A stretch of DNA of 64,000 nt, taken from the NCBI RefSeq assembly GCF_041886205.1, contig NZ_CP169029.1; one strand, given 5' to 3'. The position numbers were made by a program, and so were the translations under genes. The notes beneath the pieces were generated by a model. It ran no database searches. It was not told the origin of the DNA and was given only the letters and a program-made list of their open reading frames with translations. This document shows, piece by piece, positions 10,076-20,969 of this stretch; within the stretch, counting starts at the first letter, position 1; every line of letters starts with the position of its first letter. The stretch comes from Escherichia coli (GTDB lineage: Bacteria; Pseudomonadota; Gammaproteobacteria; Enterobacterales; Enterobacteriaceae).

Positions 10076-10885
10076 ATGTCTTTTTCCTGTCCACTTTGCC
10101 ATCAGCCTCTTTCGCGTGAAAAAAACAGCTATATCTGTCCCCAGCGACATCAGTTTGATATGGCGAAAGAAGGGTATGTCAATCTGCTGCCCGTTCAGCA
10201 TAAACGGTCTCGTGATCCGGGCGACAGCGCGGAAATGATGCAAGCACGCCGCGCATTCTTAGATGCCGGACATTATCAGCCGCTGCGTGATGCAATTGTC
10301 GCCCAACTGAGGGAACGGCTTGATGATAAGGCCACGGCGGTGCTAGATATTGGCTGTGGTGAAGGGTATTACACACACGCATTTGCCGATGCGTTGCCCG
10401 AAATCACCACGTTTGGTCTGGATGTTTCGAAGGTAGCGATAAAAGCGGCGGCGAAACGCTATCCGCAGGTCACTTTTTGTGTCGCTTCCAGCCACCGTTT
10501 GCCGTTTTCCGATACCAGTATGGACGCCATAATACGTATTTACGCGCCGTGTAAAGCAGAAGAATTAGCACGAGTAGTGAAGCCCGGCGGCTGGGTCATT
10601 ACTGCCACGCCGGGACCGCGACATTTGATGGAGCTGAAGGGGCTGATTTACAATGAAGTACATCTTCATGCACCTCATGCAGAACAACTGGAAGGTTTTA
10701 CATTACAGCAGAGTGCGGAGTTGTGTTATCCGATGCGTCTTCGCGGTGATGAAGCCGTCGCATTATTGCAGATGACGCCGTTTGCCTGGCGTGCGAAGCC
10801 AGAAGTCTGGCAAACACTGGCAGCAAAAGAAGTGTTCGACTGCCAGACGGACTTTAATATTCACCTCTGGCAGCGTTCTTATTAA
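10076..10885 (+). CDS. rlmA: 23S rRNA m1G745 methyltransferase RlmA
   Basis: ORF track 269 aa; N-terminal Cys4 zinc-finger (CPLC...CPQRH) and SAM-binding motif LDIGCGEG. Confidence 0.9.
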
Positions 10886-11448
10886 CCGTGGAAGTGCGTC
10901 CAGAGGATCTGGACGCCGATGCCGATCAGTACCAGCCCGCCGAGAATTTCCGCTTTTTTCCCAATAATTGAGCCGATAAAGCGACCAACCATCATCCCTA
11001 ATGTTGACATAATCAAGGTTGCACAACCAATGGCCAATGCGGTCGCGATAATGTTGACCTGCAGGAAAGCAAGACCAACACCCACAGCCATGGCATCCAG
11101 GCTGGTGGCAATCGCGGTGGTTACCAGTAGCCAGAAACCGTGTCGACGGCGCGGCTCTTCATCTTCATCATCTGCGCCACGAAAACCCTCAATAATCATT
11201 CGCCCGCCGAGGAATATCAGCAGCACAAACGCAATCCAGTGGTTCCATTCAAGGACAAACCGGCTGGCTAACATGCCCATTCCCCAGCCGATCAGCGGCG
11301 TCAGGGTTTCGACGGCACCAAAAATAAGGCCGGTTCGCAATGCTTCAGAAAATTTCGGTTTATGGAGGGTGGCACCTTTACCGATTGATGCAGCAAATGC
11401 ATCCATCGACATACCAAACGCAAGAAGAACAGTAGCAGTGATATTCAT
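10882..11448 (-). CDS. mntP: manganese efflux pump MntP
   Basis: ORF track 10882..11502; start moved to ATG giving 188 aa ([21 protein letters not shown]...); hydrophobic, duplicated DUF204-like halves. Confidence 0.85.
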
Positions 11449-11454
11449 GACAAT

Positions 11455-11685
11455 GTCCTGACCGGGGTATCCATAAAACACATCATCGCCCCCAGCAAAC
11501 ATGCATACATGAACAACAAGCCGCGATGGTTTTCGCGTTCATGCAGGCATAGCGATTGATGTGCATATGGTCTCGCCTGACTGAAAGTATTCAGTCCGTA
11601 CGTGCCACGTTTTGCAACGAGTATGTTGACACGTACATTTCCGGAATCTGGAAATCGGCTACTCCCCAAATGAGGGCGCAACCTT
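11455..11685 (-). promoter_or_regulatory. yybP-ykoY-type Mn(II) riboswitch in the mntP 5' leader
   Basis: Minus-strand leader contains GGGGAGUAGCCGAUUUCC near its 5' end, matching the conserved yybP-ykoY core; long structured leader before mntP ATG; boundaries approximate. Confidence 0.55.
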
Positions 11686-11810
11686 AACATATTTTGAGAA
11701 TATAAAACAACTGTTGGAATATATTATTTCATTGCTTTATTGATAACGATTTTCATTTGGATTTATATATCAATGAAACGTTAAAATAAATAACAAATAA
11801 GGGAAGAGGT

Positions 11811-11870
11811 AATATAGCCTAAGCTATGTCTGATTATTAAAAATACACTAAACATAGCTTTGGCTAAATT
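11811..11870. promoter_or_regulatory. two MntR-box-like palindromic half-site pairs upstream of the mntP promoter
   Basis: aaTATAGCctaaGCTATGTct and AAACATAGCtttgGCTAaat resemble the MntR operator remembered as AAACATAGC-N4-GCTATGTTT; not verified. Confidence 0.3.
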
Positions 11871-11876
11871 CATAAC

Positions 11877-12335
11877 TTATTGAGTTGAAACGAGAAGCTT
11901 ATAAATTTTTTCCAGATCGTCGATATTTCGAACGCGGATTAACAGCCGACGCTGTTCTAATTGCATCACCAACACGCCATCTTCCGACAAGTTCATCGCT
12001 TTGATTCGGCTATATTCAATCCAGACATTGGCGAAGAAAAAACCTTTTTGTTTAAAGATGATCTTCGGAACGCGGATCCAGAATATATAAAAACCCATCA
12101 GAGCCAGTGCGCTTAATAACCATGTCGTTATTAACGCACCATGATTCGTGACGTTGTTATAGATAAGAATGACAATCAATCCGACGAAGATAACGCTATC
12201 GATGCGACCACGCCGGAGCAAAGGAATTGCCAGCAGGGTGGGGCCGTTACGGCGGGGCATGATGAACTGATCGTAGATCGCGAAGGCCAGGAGTGCGGCG
12301 ATGAAAAGAATCAGTATCAGGTCCGTGATTGTCAT
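11877..12335 (-). CDS. yobD: DUF986 inner-membrane protein YobD
   Basis: ORF track 152 aa, hydrophobic; conserved position downstream of manZ. Confidence 0.8.
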   Translation of the reverse strand: MTITDLILILFIAALLAFAIYDQFIMPRRNGPTLLAIPLLRRGRIDSVIFVGLIVILIYNNVTNHGALITTWLLSALALMGFYIFWIRVPKIIFKQKGFFFANVWIEYSRIKAMNLSEDGVLVMQLEQRRLLIRVRNIDDLEKIYKLLVSTQ

Positions 12336-12345
12336 TAATCCTCCA

Positions 12346-12376
12346 GATAAAAAAACGGGGCCAAAAGGCCCCGGTA
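12346..12376 (-). terminator. intrinsic terminator after manZ
   Basis: Minus strand cggggcc-tttt-ggccccg followed by ttttttt between manZ stop and yobD start. Confidence 0.5.
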
Positions 12377-12389
12377 GTGTACAACAGTC

Positions 12390-13250
12390 TTACAGTCCCA
12401 GCAGGCCGCAAGCGTAACCAGCGATACCGATGACGAAGAAACCAACGATGATCCACAGCGGGTTAACTTTTTTGCGCAGCAGCCACATACAAGCAAAGGT
12501 CAGCAGCAGTGGTACCAGGCCTGGCATTAACTGGTCCAGAATAGTCTGGACAGTGGTAACGTGTTCTTTGCCCGTCTGGTCAGTAATGCGAGAGACAACC
12601 AGCGGGATGTTGACATGCGTCCACTTGTTAACCAATGCCCCCATGACAAACAGGCCGAGGATAGACGCCCCTTCCGTCAGTTTTTGTAGGAAGCCACCAC
12701 CCATATCTTTAACGATATCGATACCTTTGGAGTAACCATACGCTACGCCGTAGTAACGGGTTGCCAGACGCACCAGGTTAAACAGGATGAAGAACAGCAG
12801 CGGACCTAACAGGCTGCCGCTCATCGCGATACCAGCACCCAGCGCTGCAAATACAGGACGTACGGTTCCCCAGAAGATCGGGTCGCCTACACCAGCCAGC
12901 GGCCCCATCAAACCGACTTTGATACCGTTGATAGCACCGTCATCGATCTCTGCGCCATTAGCACGCTGTTCTTCCAGCGCCAGGGTTACGCCGAGAATCG
13001 GTGCAGCCACGAACGGCTGGGTGTTAAAGAACTCCAGGTGACGGCGAATAGCTTGTTTACGAGCTTCGTTGTTCTCAGGGTAGAGGCGACGAATTGCCGG
13101 TACCATAGAGAAGCAGAAACCCAGTGCCTGCATACGTTCGAAGTTCCATGAACCCTGGAAGAGGTTAGAACGCAGGAATACGCCACGAATATCACTTTGA
13201 GTGAGTTTTTTCTCGGTGGTAGTTTGAGTTGTATCAACCATTTCGCTCAC
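12390..13250 (-). CDS. manZ: PTS mannose transporter subunit IID
   Basis: ORF track 286 aa; recognised ManZ sequence. Confidence 0.9.
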   Translation of the reverse strand: MSEMVDTTQTTTEKKLTQSDIRGVFLRSNLFQGSWNFERMQALGFCFSMVPAIRRLYPENNEARKQAIRRHLEFFNTQPFVAAPILGVTLALEEQRANGAEIDDGAINGIKVGLMGPLAGVGDPIFWGTVRPVFAALGAGIAMSGSLLGPLLFFILFNLVRLATRYYGVAYGYSKGIDIVKDMGGGFLQKLTEGASILGLFVMGALVNKWTHVNIPLVVSRITDQTGKEHVTTVQTILDQLMPGLVPLLLTFACMWLLRKKVNPLWIIVGFFVIGIAGYACGLLGL

Positions 13251-13253
13251 CTG

Positions 13254-14054
13254 TTAGTCCAGTTCGTTATCGAGATCGTTGTTACCAGCTGCCTGAGCAG
13301 GCGCACCGGCTACGCGGTTGTATTTCGGGCTAAGTTGGAGGTAGAGCACTGCCATAACAGTACCAATCACACCCAGAGCAACCAGGTTAAAGTTGGTGAA
13401 TGCTGCGGTTACGAAGCCGAGGTAGAAGAACGGCATCAGGTAGCCAGCACGCATCATGTTGATAACCATCGCATAACCAACCACCACGATCATGCCACCG
13501 GCGATATTCAGACCATTGGTCACCACTTCCGGAATCGCATTCAGCATGTTCTGTACTTCGCTGGTACCAACAGACAGCGCAACGATGACGGCCGGAATAG
13601 CCACACGCATTGCTTGCAGGAACAGAGAAGAAACGTGGATCCAGGAAATCGCTGTCAGGTTGCCGTTATCAGCAGCCTTATCCGCAGCGTGCTGGAAAGC
13701 AACGGTAATAGTACGAACGATGATGGTCAGTACCTGGCCCGCAGCGGCCAGAGGGATTGCCAGTGCGATACCTGCACCAATGCTCTGATGACCTGCGATA
13801 ACCAGAATGGTAGAAATGATAGAAGCCAGAGCGGCGTCAGGCGCAACTGCAGCACCGATGTTCATCCAGCCCAGCGCGATCATTTCCAGCGTACCACCGA
13901 TAATAATACCGGTTTTCATATCCCCAAGAACGATACCCACCAGGGTACACGCGATTAGCGGACGGTGAAACTGAAATTCATCGAGGATTGATCCCATACC
14001 TGCGATACAGGCTACGATAAATACCAGCACAATTTGAAGAGTGGTAATCTCCAT
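13254..14054 (-). CDS. manY: PTS mannose transporter subunit IIC
   Basis: ORF track 266 aa; polytopic; 3-nt gap to manZ. Confidence 0.9.
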   Translation of the reverse strand: MEITTLQIVLVFIVACIAGMGSILDEFQFHRPLIACTLVGIVLGDMKTGIIIGGTLEMIALGWMNIGAAVAPDAALASIISTILVIAGHQSIGAGIALAIPLAAAGQVLTIIVRTITVAFQHAADKAADNGNLTAISWIHVSSLFLQAMRVAIPAVIVALSVGTSEVQNMLNAIPEVVTNGLNIAGGMIVVVGYAMVINMMRAGYLMPFFYLGFVTAAFTNFNLVALGVIGTVMAVLYLQLSPKYNRVAGAPAQAAGNNDLDNELD

Positions 14055-14116
14055 TGTACTTCTCCTGTTTACGTAAGACTTAAGTGTGAAAACTGAGTGA
14101 TAATCAACACAATACG

Positions 14117-15088
14117 TTACTTATCGATTTTGCTGATCAGATCCATCATTTTCAGTTTCGGATCGGTGGAAACCTTACGGACTTCCAGCTCAATACCGCG
14201 TGCATTCAGTTTTTTGAACGCCTCGATATCTTTTTCATCAACCGAAACCGCGTTATTCACCTGGGTTTTACCCTGACGGAATGCCATACCACCGACGTTA
14301 ACAGAGGTGATTTTCACGCCGCCTTCAACGAGACGCTCTACATCTGTTGGGTTGGTAAATAACAGCATTACACGTTCGCCAGCATATTTCGGGTTGTTGT
14401 AGACGCGAATCATTTTGGCAACATCAACTACGTGTGCTGTTACGCCTGGAGGTGCAACCTGGGTGAGCAGTGTCTTACGAACGGTATCCGCAGCCACTTC
14501 ATCACTAACAACAATAATACGGGAGACATTGGTTTCTTTGGTCCAGCGGGTGGCGACCTGACCGTGAATCAGACGGTCGTCGATACGCGCAAGGCCAATA
14601 ACCATGTAGTCGTTTGGTCCCATTGGTTTTGCCGGAGTTGGAGCCGCTTTTGGTGCTGCGGCAGCGGGTGCTGGCGCGGCTTTTTCAACCGGTTTGGCTT
14701 TCAGAGCTTTCACGCCTTCACGGCCTGTTTCTACTGCCAGCGCAACCAGTTCATCAAAGCTTGGGTCATCATCACGGGCCATTAACGTTTCCACGAGCAT
14801 TGGAATGTTAACGCCTGCAATGACTTCATAATGCTCTTTGTCGACGACAATGCGGCTGGCAGCATTGAACGGGCTGCCTCCCCATGTATCAACGAGAAAC
14901 AGCACGCCTTTAGTGGTGTCGAGTTTTGCCAACTGAGCGTTGTACTTTTCAATCAGCGTTTCGGCATTTTCACCTGGAACGAAATCGATCCAGCCGACGT
15001 TTTCCTGCTCGCCTAACAGCATTTCTGCCGTTTTAAGCAACTGCTCTGCAGCCCAACCATGTGTGCCTATAACAATAGCAATGGTCAC
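14117..15088 (-). CDS. manX: PTS mannose transporter subunit IIAB
   Basis: ORF track 323 aa; Ala/Pro-rich linker between IIA and IIB domains. Confidence 0.9.
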   Translation of the reverse strand: MTIAIVIGTHGWAAEQLLKTAEMLLGEQENVGWIDFVPGENAETLIEKYNAQLAKLDTTKGVLFLVDTWGGSPFNAASRIVVDKEHYEVIAGVNIPMLVETLMARDDDPSFDELVALAVETGREGVKALKAKPVEKAAPAPAAAAPKAAPTPAKPMGPNDYMVIGLARIDDRLIHGQVATRWTKETNVSRIIVVSDEVAADTVRKTLLTQVAPPGVTAHVVDVAKMIRVYNNPKYAGERVMLLFTNPTDVERLVEGGVKITSVNVGGMAFRQGKTQVNNAVSVDEKDIEAFKKLNARGIELEVRKVSTDPKLKMMDLISKIDK

Positions 15089-15550
15089 TTGCTACCTCCT
15101 TTATTATCGTTAACACCTCAACGTGCCAGATGTATTTTTGAATCGTCGTCCACAATCGAATCGATTCAGATAAGGGCTACAACCAAAAACCCCTGCGTTT
15201 CGCGATTTATTTTAGATATCGAAAAAATTATTTTATGTGATGAAGATCCGTAATTTAACTTTCGATTAGCAGAAATTTCGAAAGGTAAAATATCCTTATC
15301 ACATTCGTTTGCAAAGGAAGGTAAATCTTTGCCAAATCAGAGGCGTCTCTGATATGTTTAACTCCCGTTTAACAACCATGGAGTATAGGGCAGTAGCCCG
15401 CAGTATGGATCGTCACCGACGTCATTTCAGCATCAGGCCTTTTAACGCCTGCCTTTCTGGCATTCTATGCCGCACCTTTCGTTTGCATTTTGTCGTTACG
15501 CCTGCATTATTTTTGGCGTCGAATAGCTATTCCTTAAGCAGGAGCTTGTC

Positions 15551-17107
15551 ATGGAATTCTTAATGGACCCCTCAATTTGGGCGGGGCTACTCACGCTTGT
15601 TGTTCTCGAAATTGTGCTGGGTATCGATAACCTGGTCTTCATCGCCATTCTTGCTGACAAACTGCCGCCAAAACAACGCGATAAAGCGCGTTTGCTGGGA
15701 TTATCACTGGCGCTGATTATGCGTCTGGGGCTGCTGTCGCTGATTTCATGGATGGTCACGCTGACCAAACCGCTATTTACCGTTATGGATTTCTCCTTCT
15801 CCGGACGCGACCTGATTATGTTGTTCGGGGGGATATTCTTGCTGTTCAAAGCAACAACCGAACTGCATGAACGGCTGGAAAACCGCGATCATGATTCCGG
15901 CCACGGTAAAGGCTACGCCAGTTTCTGGGTGGTCGTCACACAGATTGTCATCCTTGACGCCGTCTTCTCATTGGATGCGGTAATTACTGCAGTAGGGATG
16001 GTTAACCATCTGCCGGTGATGATGGCGGCGGTAGTGATTGCGATGGCGGTTATGCTGCTAGCATCGAAACCGCTGACGCGATTCGTTAACCAGCACCCCA
16101 CGGTGGTGGTGCTCTGTCTGAGCTTCCTGTTAATGATTGGTCTGAGTCTGGTGGCAGAAGGTTTCGGTTTCCACATTCCGAAAGGTTACCTGTATGCCGC
16201 GATTGGCTTTTCGATCATCATCGAAGTGTTTAACCAGATTGCGCGTCGCAACTTTATTCGTCATCAGTCGACTTTGCCGCTGCGAGCGCGTACTGCCGAT
16301 GCCATCCTGCGTTTGATGGGCGGGAAACGTCAGGCCAATGTCCAGCACGATGCCGATAACCCGATGCCGATGCCGATCCCGGAAGGTGCATTTGCCGAAG
16401 AAGAACGTTACATGATAAACGGCGTACTGACGCTGGCGTCGCGTTCTCTGCGCGGGATCATGACGCCGCGCGGTGAAATAAGCTGGGTTGACGCTAATCT
16501 CGGGGTCGATGAAATCCGCGAGCAACTGCTCTCTTCACCGCACAGTCTGTTCCCGGTATGTCGCGGTGAACTGGATGAAATCATCGGTATCGTACGTGCT
16601 AAAGAACTGCTGGTGGCGCTGGAGGAGGGCGTTGATGTGGCGGCGATTGCTTCGGCGTCTCCGGCGATTATCGTCCCGGAAACCCTCGATCCGATCAACC
16701 TGCTGGGCGTGCTGCGTCGTGCTCGCGGGAGCTTTGTTATCGTGACCAACGAGTTTGGTGTGGTACAAGGTCTGGTCACACCGCTGGATGTGCTGGAAGC
16801 GATAGCTGGTGAGTTCCCGGATGCTGACGAAACGCCAGAAATCATTACCGACGGTGACGGCTGGCTGGTAAAAGGCGGTACAGATTTGCATGCCTTGCAG
16901 CAGGCGCTTGATGTTGAGCACCTTGCCGATGACGATGATATCGCGACGGTCGCGGGCCTCGTGATCTCGGCAAATGGTCACATTCCCCGTGTGGGCGATG
17001 TGATTGATGTAGGGCCACTGCATATCACCATCATTGAAGCCAATGATTATCGTGTTGATCTGGTTCGCATTGTTAAAGAGCAACCGGCGCACGATGAAGA
17101 TGAGTAA
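15551..17107 (+). CDS. yoaE: TerC-family membrane protein with CBS and CorC domains, YoaE
   Basis: ORF track 518 aa; N-terminal TerC-like membrane domain, C-terminal CBS pair and CorC/HlyC region. Confidence 0.9.
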   Translation: MEFLMDPSIWAGLLTLVVLEIVLGIDNLVFIAILADKLPPKQRDKARLLGLSLALIMRLGLLSLISWMVTLTKPLFTVMDFSFSGRDLIMLFGGIFLLFKATTELHERLENRDHDSGHGKGYASFWVVVTQIVILDAVFSLDAVITAVGMVNHLPVMMAAVVIAMAVMLLASKPLTRFVNQHPTVVVLCLSFLLMIGLSLVAEGFGFHIPKGYLYAAIGFSIIIEVFNQIARRNFIRHQSTLPLRARTADAILRLMGGKRQANVQHDADNPMPMPIPEGAFAEEERYMINGVLTLASRSLRGIMTPRGEISWVDANLGVDEIREQLLSSPHSLFPVCRGELDEIIGIVRAKELLVALEEGVDVAAIASASPAIIVPETLDPINLLGVLRRARGSFVIVTNEFGVVQGLVTPLDVLEAIAGEFPDADETPEIITDGDGWLVKGGTDLHALQQALDVEHLADDDDIATVAGLVISANGHIPRVGDVIDVGPLHITIIEANDYRVDLVRIVKEQPAHDEDE

Positions 17108-17110
17108 GCG

Positions 17111-18709
17111 TTAACGTAACGGCATAATGGGTGTGATATGTCCATTATGCCGGGCGGGCGGCGGTTGGCTGCCCGCCAGCCATTTAGGAAAATCACGTAG
17201 TGGCATCGGCTGTGCGTACAAATACCCTTGCAAAATATGGACGCCATGACGGCGCAAATATTTCGCCTGTTCTTGCGTTTCCACACCCTCCGCCACCAGT
17301 TCAATATTCAGTCTTTGCCCCAGTGCGATGATGATATCGGTCACCGTCGAGTTAACCGCGTCAGAACCTATAGCTGCGGTAAATGACTTATCAATTTTCA
17401 GCACGTCAGGACGTAATGTTTCAAGCCAGGAAAATGAACTGTTGCCGGTGCCGAAGTCATCAATCGCCAGTTTGACGTTTTTACGATGCAGCTCGCGGGC
17501 AATACGATAATCAACATCCAGTAAGGCATCGCGTTCGGTGATTTCGAGGATCAGTTGCTGAATCGGGTGAGCGCTAAACCAGTACTGATTGAGATCTTTT
17601 ATCAGCACACCACGGCGAAAATGGCTGGGTGCGACGTTAATGCCAACATGAAACTGACTACTCATTGGGAAAACATGGCGCTGACGAATGGTTTCTGCCA
17701 TCACATAGCGGGTCAGTGGCACAATTAAATGATGTTCTTCCGCGATAGGAATAAACACATCCGGTGAAATCCAGCCCTGACGCGGATTGTTCCAGCGCAG
17801 CAAAATCTCTACACCAATACATTGCTGGCTGCGCGCATTAAGCAAAGGCTGACAGAACAATTCGAACTCATGTTGCGCCAGGCCCAGATTGATTTCGCGG
17901 GAAAAGCTCATCCGGTAAGCGGTCGCCAGCCAGGCGATGTAGCCCACCAGTAAACTTAGCAGCACCGCCAGCGGTAATTGTGTTGGAAGATAGTGCCATG
18001 CCAGCGCCGTAGCCCCCGGACCATTAACGTTAATGGTAAAAGGAAAGCGTTGCGAAGAAACCTGATAGTTTTCATTGTCTTCAGGTTGCGGAAGGGAATC
18101 TACCAGCCCATTACCATAGAGCAAATGCCGTTTGTCCACCGTCAGGCTGGCGCTACTGATTTGCGGCAGTTGTGGCTCAAGGAGCATTGCCGTCAGTAAG
18201 TCGATGTTAATCATCTCCATGACCCCAGCATTGCTACTGCCCGCTGCAGGCGTCCATTGAATCAAAACCGGACTGCATTTAATCAGGGCACGGTCGATCG
18301 TCAGGCGTAAAAGTGGTTGCGGTGCAGGAAGTTCAGCCAGAATGTCCACGACGGGCACATTGCGATAACCAAAAATGCTGGAGCAATAAAGTGTGCCGTC
18401 TTGCACCAGGCCAATGGATCGCACAGTTTGGAGTTTTGCCGCCTGTTTACGTAATGGCAAATGGGCGACAGAGCAGGGCAGACCAATCAGCGGAAGCAAG
18501 ACTTCGCTACCTGCCTGTAGGGGAAGCAGTACTTTATCTAATTCCTCTACAGCGTGATTGGCGAATTGTACTACCCGTTGTTGATTTAAGTTACGCTGTG
18601 AAATAAATCGCACGCTCAGGGTCGAAGCGAGCGTAACGAGTGCGCAAATCGTACAAACAATCATTCGATTACGACGATAGGTTTTAATGATCCGTTGTGC
18701 TTTTTGCAT
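17111..18709 (-). CDS. pdeD: c-di-GMP phosphodiesterase PdeD (YoaD), CSS-EAL domain protein
   Basis: ORF track 17111..18739 (TTG); conserved start at MQKAQRIIKTY about 30 nt internal; EAL-family motif region GVEILLRW. Confidence 0.85.
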   Translation of the reverse strand: MQKAQRIIKTYRRNRMIVCTICALVTLASTLSVRFISQRNLNQQRVVQFANHAVEELDKVLLPLQAGSEVLLPLIGLPCSVAHLPLRKQAAKLQTVRSIGLVQDGTLYCSSIFGYRNVPVVDILAELPAPQPLLRLTIDRALIKCSPVLIQWTPAAGSSNAGVMEMINIDLLTAMLLEPQLPQISSASLTVDKRHLLYGNGLVDSLPQPEDNENYQVSSQRFPFTINVNGPGATALAWHYLPTQLPLAVLLSLLVGYIAWLATAYRMSFSREINLGLAQHEFELFCQPLLNARSQQCIGVEILLRWNNPRQGWISPDVFIPIAEEHHLIVPLTRYVMAETIRQRHVFPMSSQFHVGINVAPSHFRRGVLIKDLNQYWFSAHPIQQLILEITERDALLDVDYRIARELHRKNVKLAIDDFGTGNSSFSWLETLRPDVLKIDKSFTAAIGSDAVNSTVTDIIIALGQRLNIELVAEGVETQEQAKYLRRHGVHILQGYLYAQPMPLRDFPKWLAGSQPPPARHNGHITPIMPLR

Positions 18710-18805
18710 GCGGGCCACCCTGTAAGCGTATGGCGACAAACGCCTGACGCAACAGTGGAAGTGTAGTGGGGAATATTACAGCAGACGAGAAAGCGGGTAT
18801 AAATT

Positions 18806-18832
18806 CGCCCATCCGTTGCAGATGGGCGAGTA
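18806..18832 (-). terminator. intrinsic terminator after sdaA
   Basis: ctcgcccatc-tgcaacg-gatgggcga hairpin just downstream of sdaA stop on minus strand. Confidence 0.45.
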
Positions 18833-18839
18833 AGAAGTA

Positions 18840-20204
18840 TTAGTCACACTGGACTTTGATTGCCAGACCACCGCGTGAGGTTTCGCGGTATTTGGCGTTC
18901 ATGTCCTTACCGGTTTCGTACATCGTTTCGATGACCTTATCCAGCGAGACGCGCGGTGCACTGGTGCGGCGCAGAGCCATCCGCGCGGCGTTAATCGCCT
19001 TCACAGAGGCAATGGCATTACGCTCAATGCACGGCACCTGAACCTGCCCTGCAACCGGGTCGCAGGTTAAACCAAGGTTGTGTTCCATGCCAATTTCCGC
19101 CGCCACGCAAACCTGTTCCGGGCTACCGCCCAGCAGTTCTGCAAGACCCGCAGCAGCCATTGAACAGGCAACACCCACTTCGCCCTGGCAACCAACTTCC
19201 GCACCGGAAATAGAGGCGTTCATTTTATACAATGCACCAATCGCGCCCGCTGCCATAAAGTAACGGGTATAGATGTCCGGGCTGACCGATTCAATAAAGT
19301 GGTCATAGTAAGCCAGCACTGCCGGAACGATACCGCAGGCACCGTTGGTTGGCGCAGTTACCACACGACCACCGGCGGCGTTTTCTTCGTTAACTGCCAG
19401 CGCAAACATGTTTACCCAGTCAATGACATTCATCGGATCGTTAGACAGTTTATCGCTGGAAACTAACATCCGGCGCAGGGCAGACGCACGACGTGGCACG
19501 CGCAGCGGGCCTGGCAGTACACCTTCGGTGTTCATCCCGCGATCGATACATGCCTGCATGGTTTGCCAGACATGCGCGAAATACTCGTCGATCTCTTTCT
19601 TGCTGTGCAGCGCCAGTTCGTTCTGCATAGCGAGACCAGACAGCGAATAGCCGGTTTCATTACAGTACGCGAGCAGTTCGGTGGCAGATTTGAACGGATA
19701 CGGCACGCTCACTTCGTTGGCAGCATCCTGACCAAAGTGTTCTTCATCGACGATAAAACCGCCGCCGATGGAATAATAAGTTTTGCTGTAGACGACTTCA
19801 TCGCCGTTATAGGCGTGGATTTGCATACCGTTTTCATGCAGCGGCAGGTTGCCGTTATGAAAACGCATCCCGTTGTCGCGCGGGAAATCCACTTCATGCC
19901 ATCCCTGTGCCAGCAGCAGACGTTCGCGCTCTTCTACGTCGCGAATAAAACCGGGAATACTGTCGATATCCACGGTGGCAGGTTCGTTACCTGCAAGACC
20001 CATAATAATGGCGATATCGGTGTGGTGGCCTTTACCCGTCAGCGACAGTGAACCATAAACGTCCACGGCAACGCGAGTAACGCTATCCAGTAAGCCTTTT
20101 TCGACCAGATCATCGACGAACTGTTTACCCGCCTTCATAGGCCCTACGGTATGGGAAGATGAGGGACCAATCCCCACCTTAAACATGTCGAATAGACTAA
20201 TCAC
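18840..20204 (-). CDS. sdaA: L-serine dehydratase 1
   Basis: ORF track 454 aa; Fe-S L-serine dehydratase alpha/beta fused architecture recognised. Confidence 0.95.
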   Translation of the reverse strand: MISLFDMFKVGIGPSSSHTVGPMKAGKQFVDDLVEKGLLDSVTRVAVDVYGSLSLTGKGHHTDIAIIMGLAGNEPATVDIDSIPGFIRDVEERERLLLAQGWHEVDFPRDNGMRFHNGNLPLHENGMQIHAYNGDEVVYSKTYYSIGGGFIVDEEHFGQDAANEVSVPYPFKSATELLAYCNETGYSLSGLAMQNELALHSKKEIDEYFAHVWQTMQACIDRGMNTEGVLPGPLRVPRRASALRRMLVSSDKLSNDPMNVIDWVNMFALAVNEENAAGGRVVTAPTNGACGIVPAVLAYYDHFIESVSPDIYTRYFMAAGAIGALYKMNASISGAEVGCQGEVGVACSMAAAGLAELLGGSPEQVCVAAEIGMEHNLGLTCDPVAGQVQVPCIERNAIASVKAINAARMALRRTSAPRVSLDKVIETMYETGKDMNAKYRETSRGGLAIKVQCD

Positions 20205-20387
20205 GATAATACTCCTGATAAGGTGACTGGACTTCCAGTAACGAACTAATAACAGCGCATAGTGTAAGAGGGAACGCGGCGACTGGCTTAACTATTCACA
20301 TGAATTAAACTAATCAAAAACCGCGATTTAACTAATATTGCGATGATTGTCTCAAGTAGTGTTTTGTAGATGTAAAGATAAGTATAG

Positions 20388-20966
20388 TCAGGGTTTCACA
20401 CCAATTTGCAGCGCCAGCTCACGAATTATGCCTGCGGTCATTCCCCATACAAAATACTGTTCGTACCAGGACAGCCATACCCGATGTGAATCGCCACGGC
20501 GGTAGATATCTAAAGGGTGATAACGACCCAGATGTAATGCCTGGGCGAGCGGCATTTCAAACACCGCCGAGACTTCATCTTCACTGGCGCGATACGGCAG
20601 ATCGGGCGGGATAATGCCGACCACCGGGGTTACCTGGTAGCCAGTTACGCTATCGACGGGCGGCAGCACGCCGATAACTTCAACGGCGGAAGGCGGTATA
20701 GCGACCTCTTCTTCAGCTTCGCGCAGCGCGGCGGCGATAACTGATGCGTCCGTGTCATCGACTGCACCTCCAGGGAATGCCACTTGTCCAGCGTGTTTAC
20801 GCAGATGAATTGAACGCTGAGTCAGCAACAACCCCGGTTGCGGTCGACGGACGATGGGGATTAACACGGCAGCCTGACGATGATTTAGGGTTTCCCGGTT
20901 AATTTGCGGGCGCAAAAGTTGAAAGCGCGATAAAAAATCATCAAGCGTCAGGCTACGGTATTCCAC
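20388..20966 (-). CDS. nudL: Nudix CoA pyrophosphatase NudL
   Basis: ORF track 192 aa; Nudix box [23 protein letters not shown]. Confidence 0.85.
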
Positions 20967-20969
20967 GTC

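Noticed and set aside
9659-10243. 194 aa minus-strand ORF spanning cspC and the rlmA start
   Set aside because: Antisense to two conserved genes and their intergenic terminator; no independent support.
10919-11461. 180 aa plus-strand ORF antisense to mntP
   Set aside because: Overlaps mntP on the opposite strand; Pro/Ser/Arg-rich low-complexity translation typical of antisense frames.
16535-17092. 185 aa minus-strand ORF inside yoaE, and similar ones at 15913..16845
   Set aside because: Antisense to yoaE; Arg/Ser-rich composition.
19563-20051. 162 aa plus-strand ORF inside sdaA
   Set aside because: Antisense shadow ORF within sdaA.
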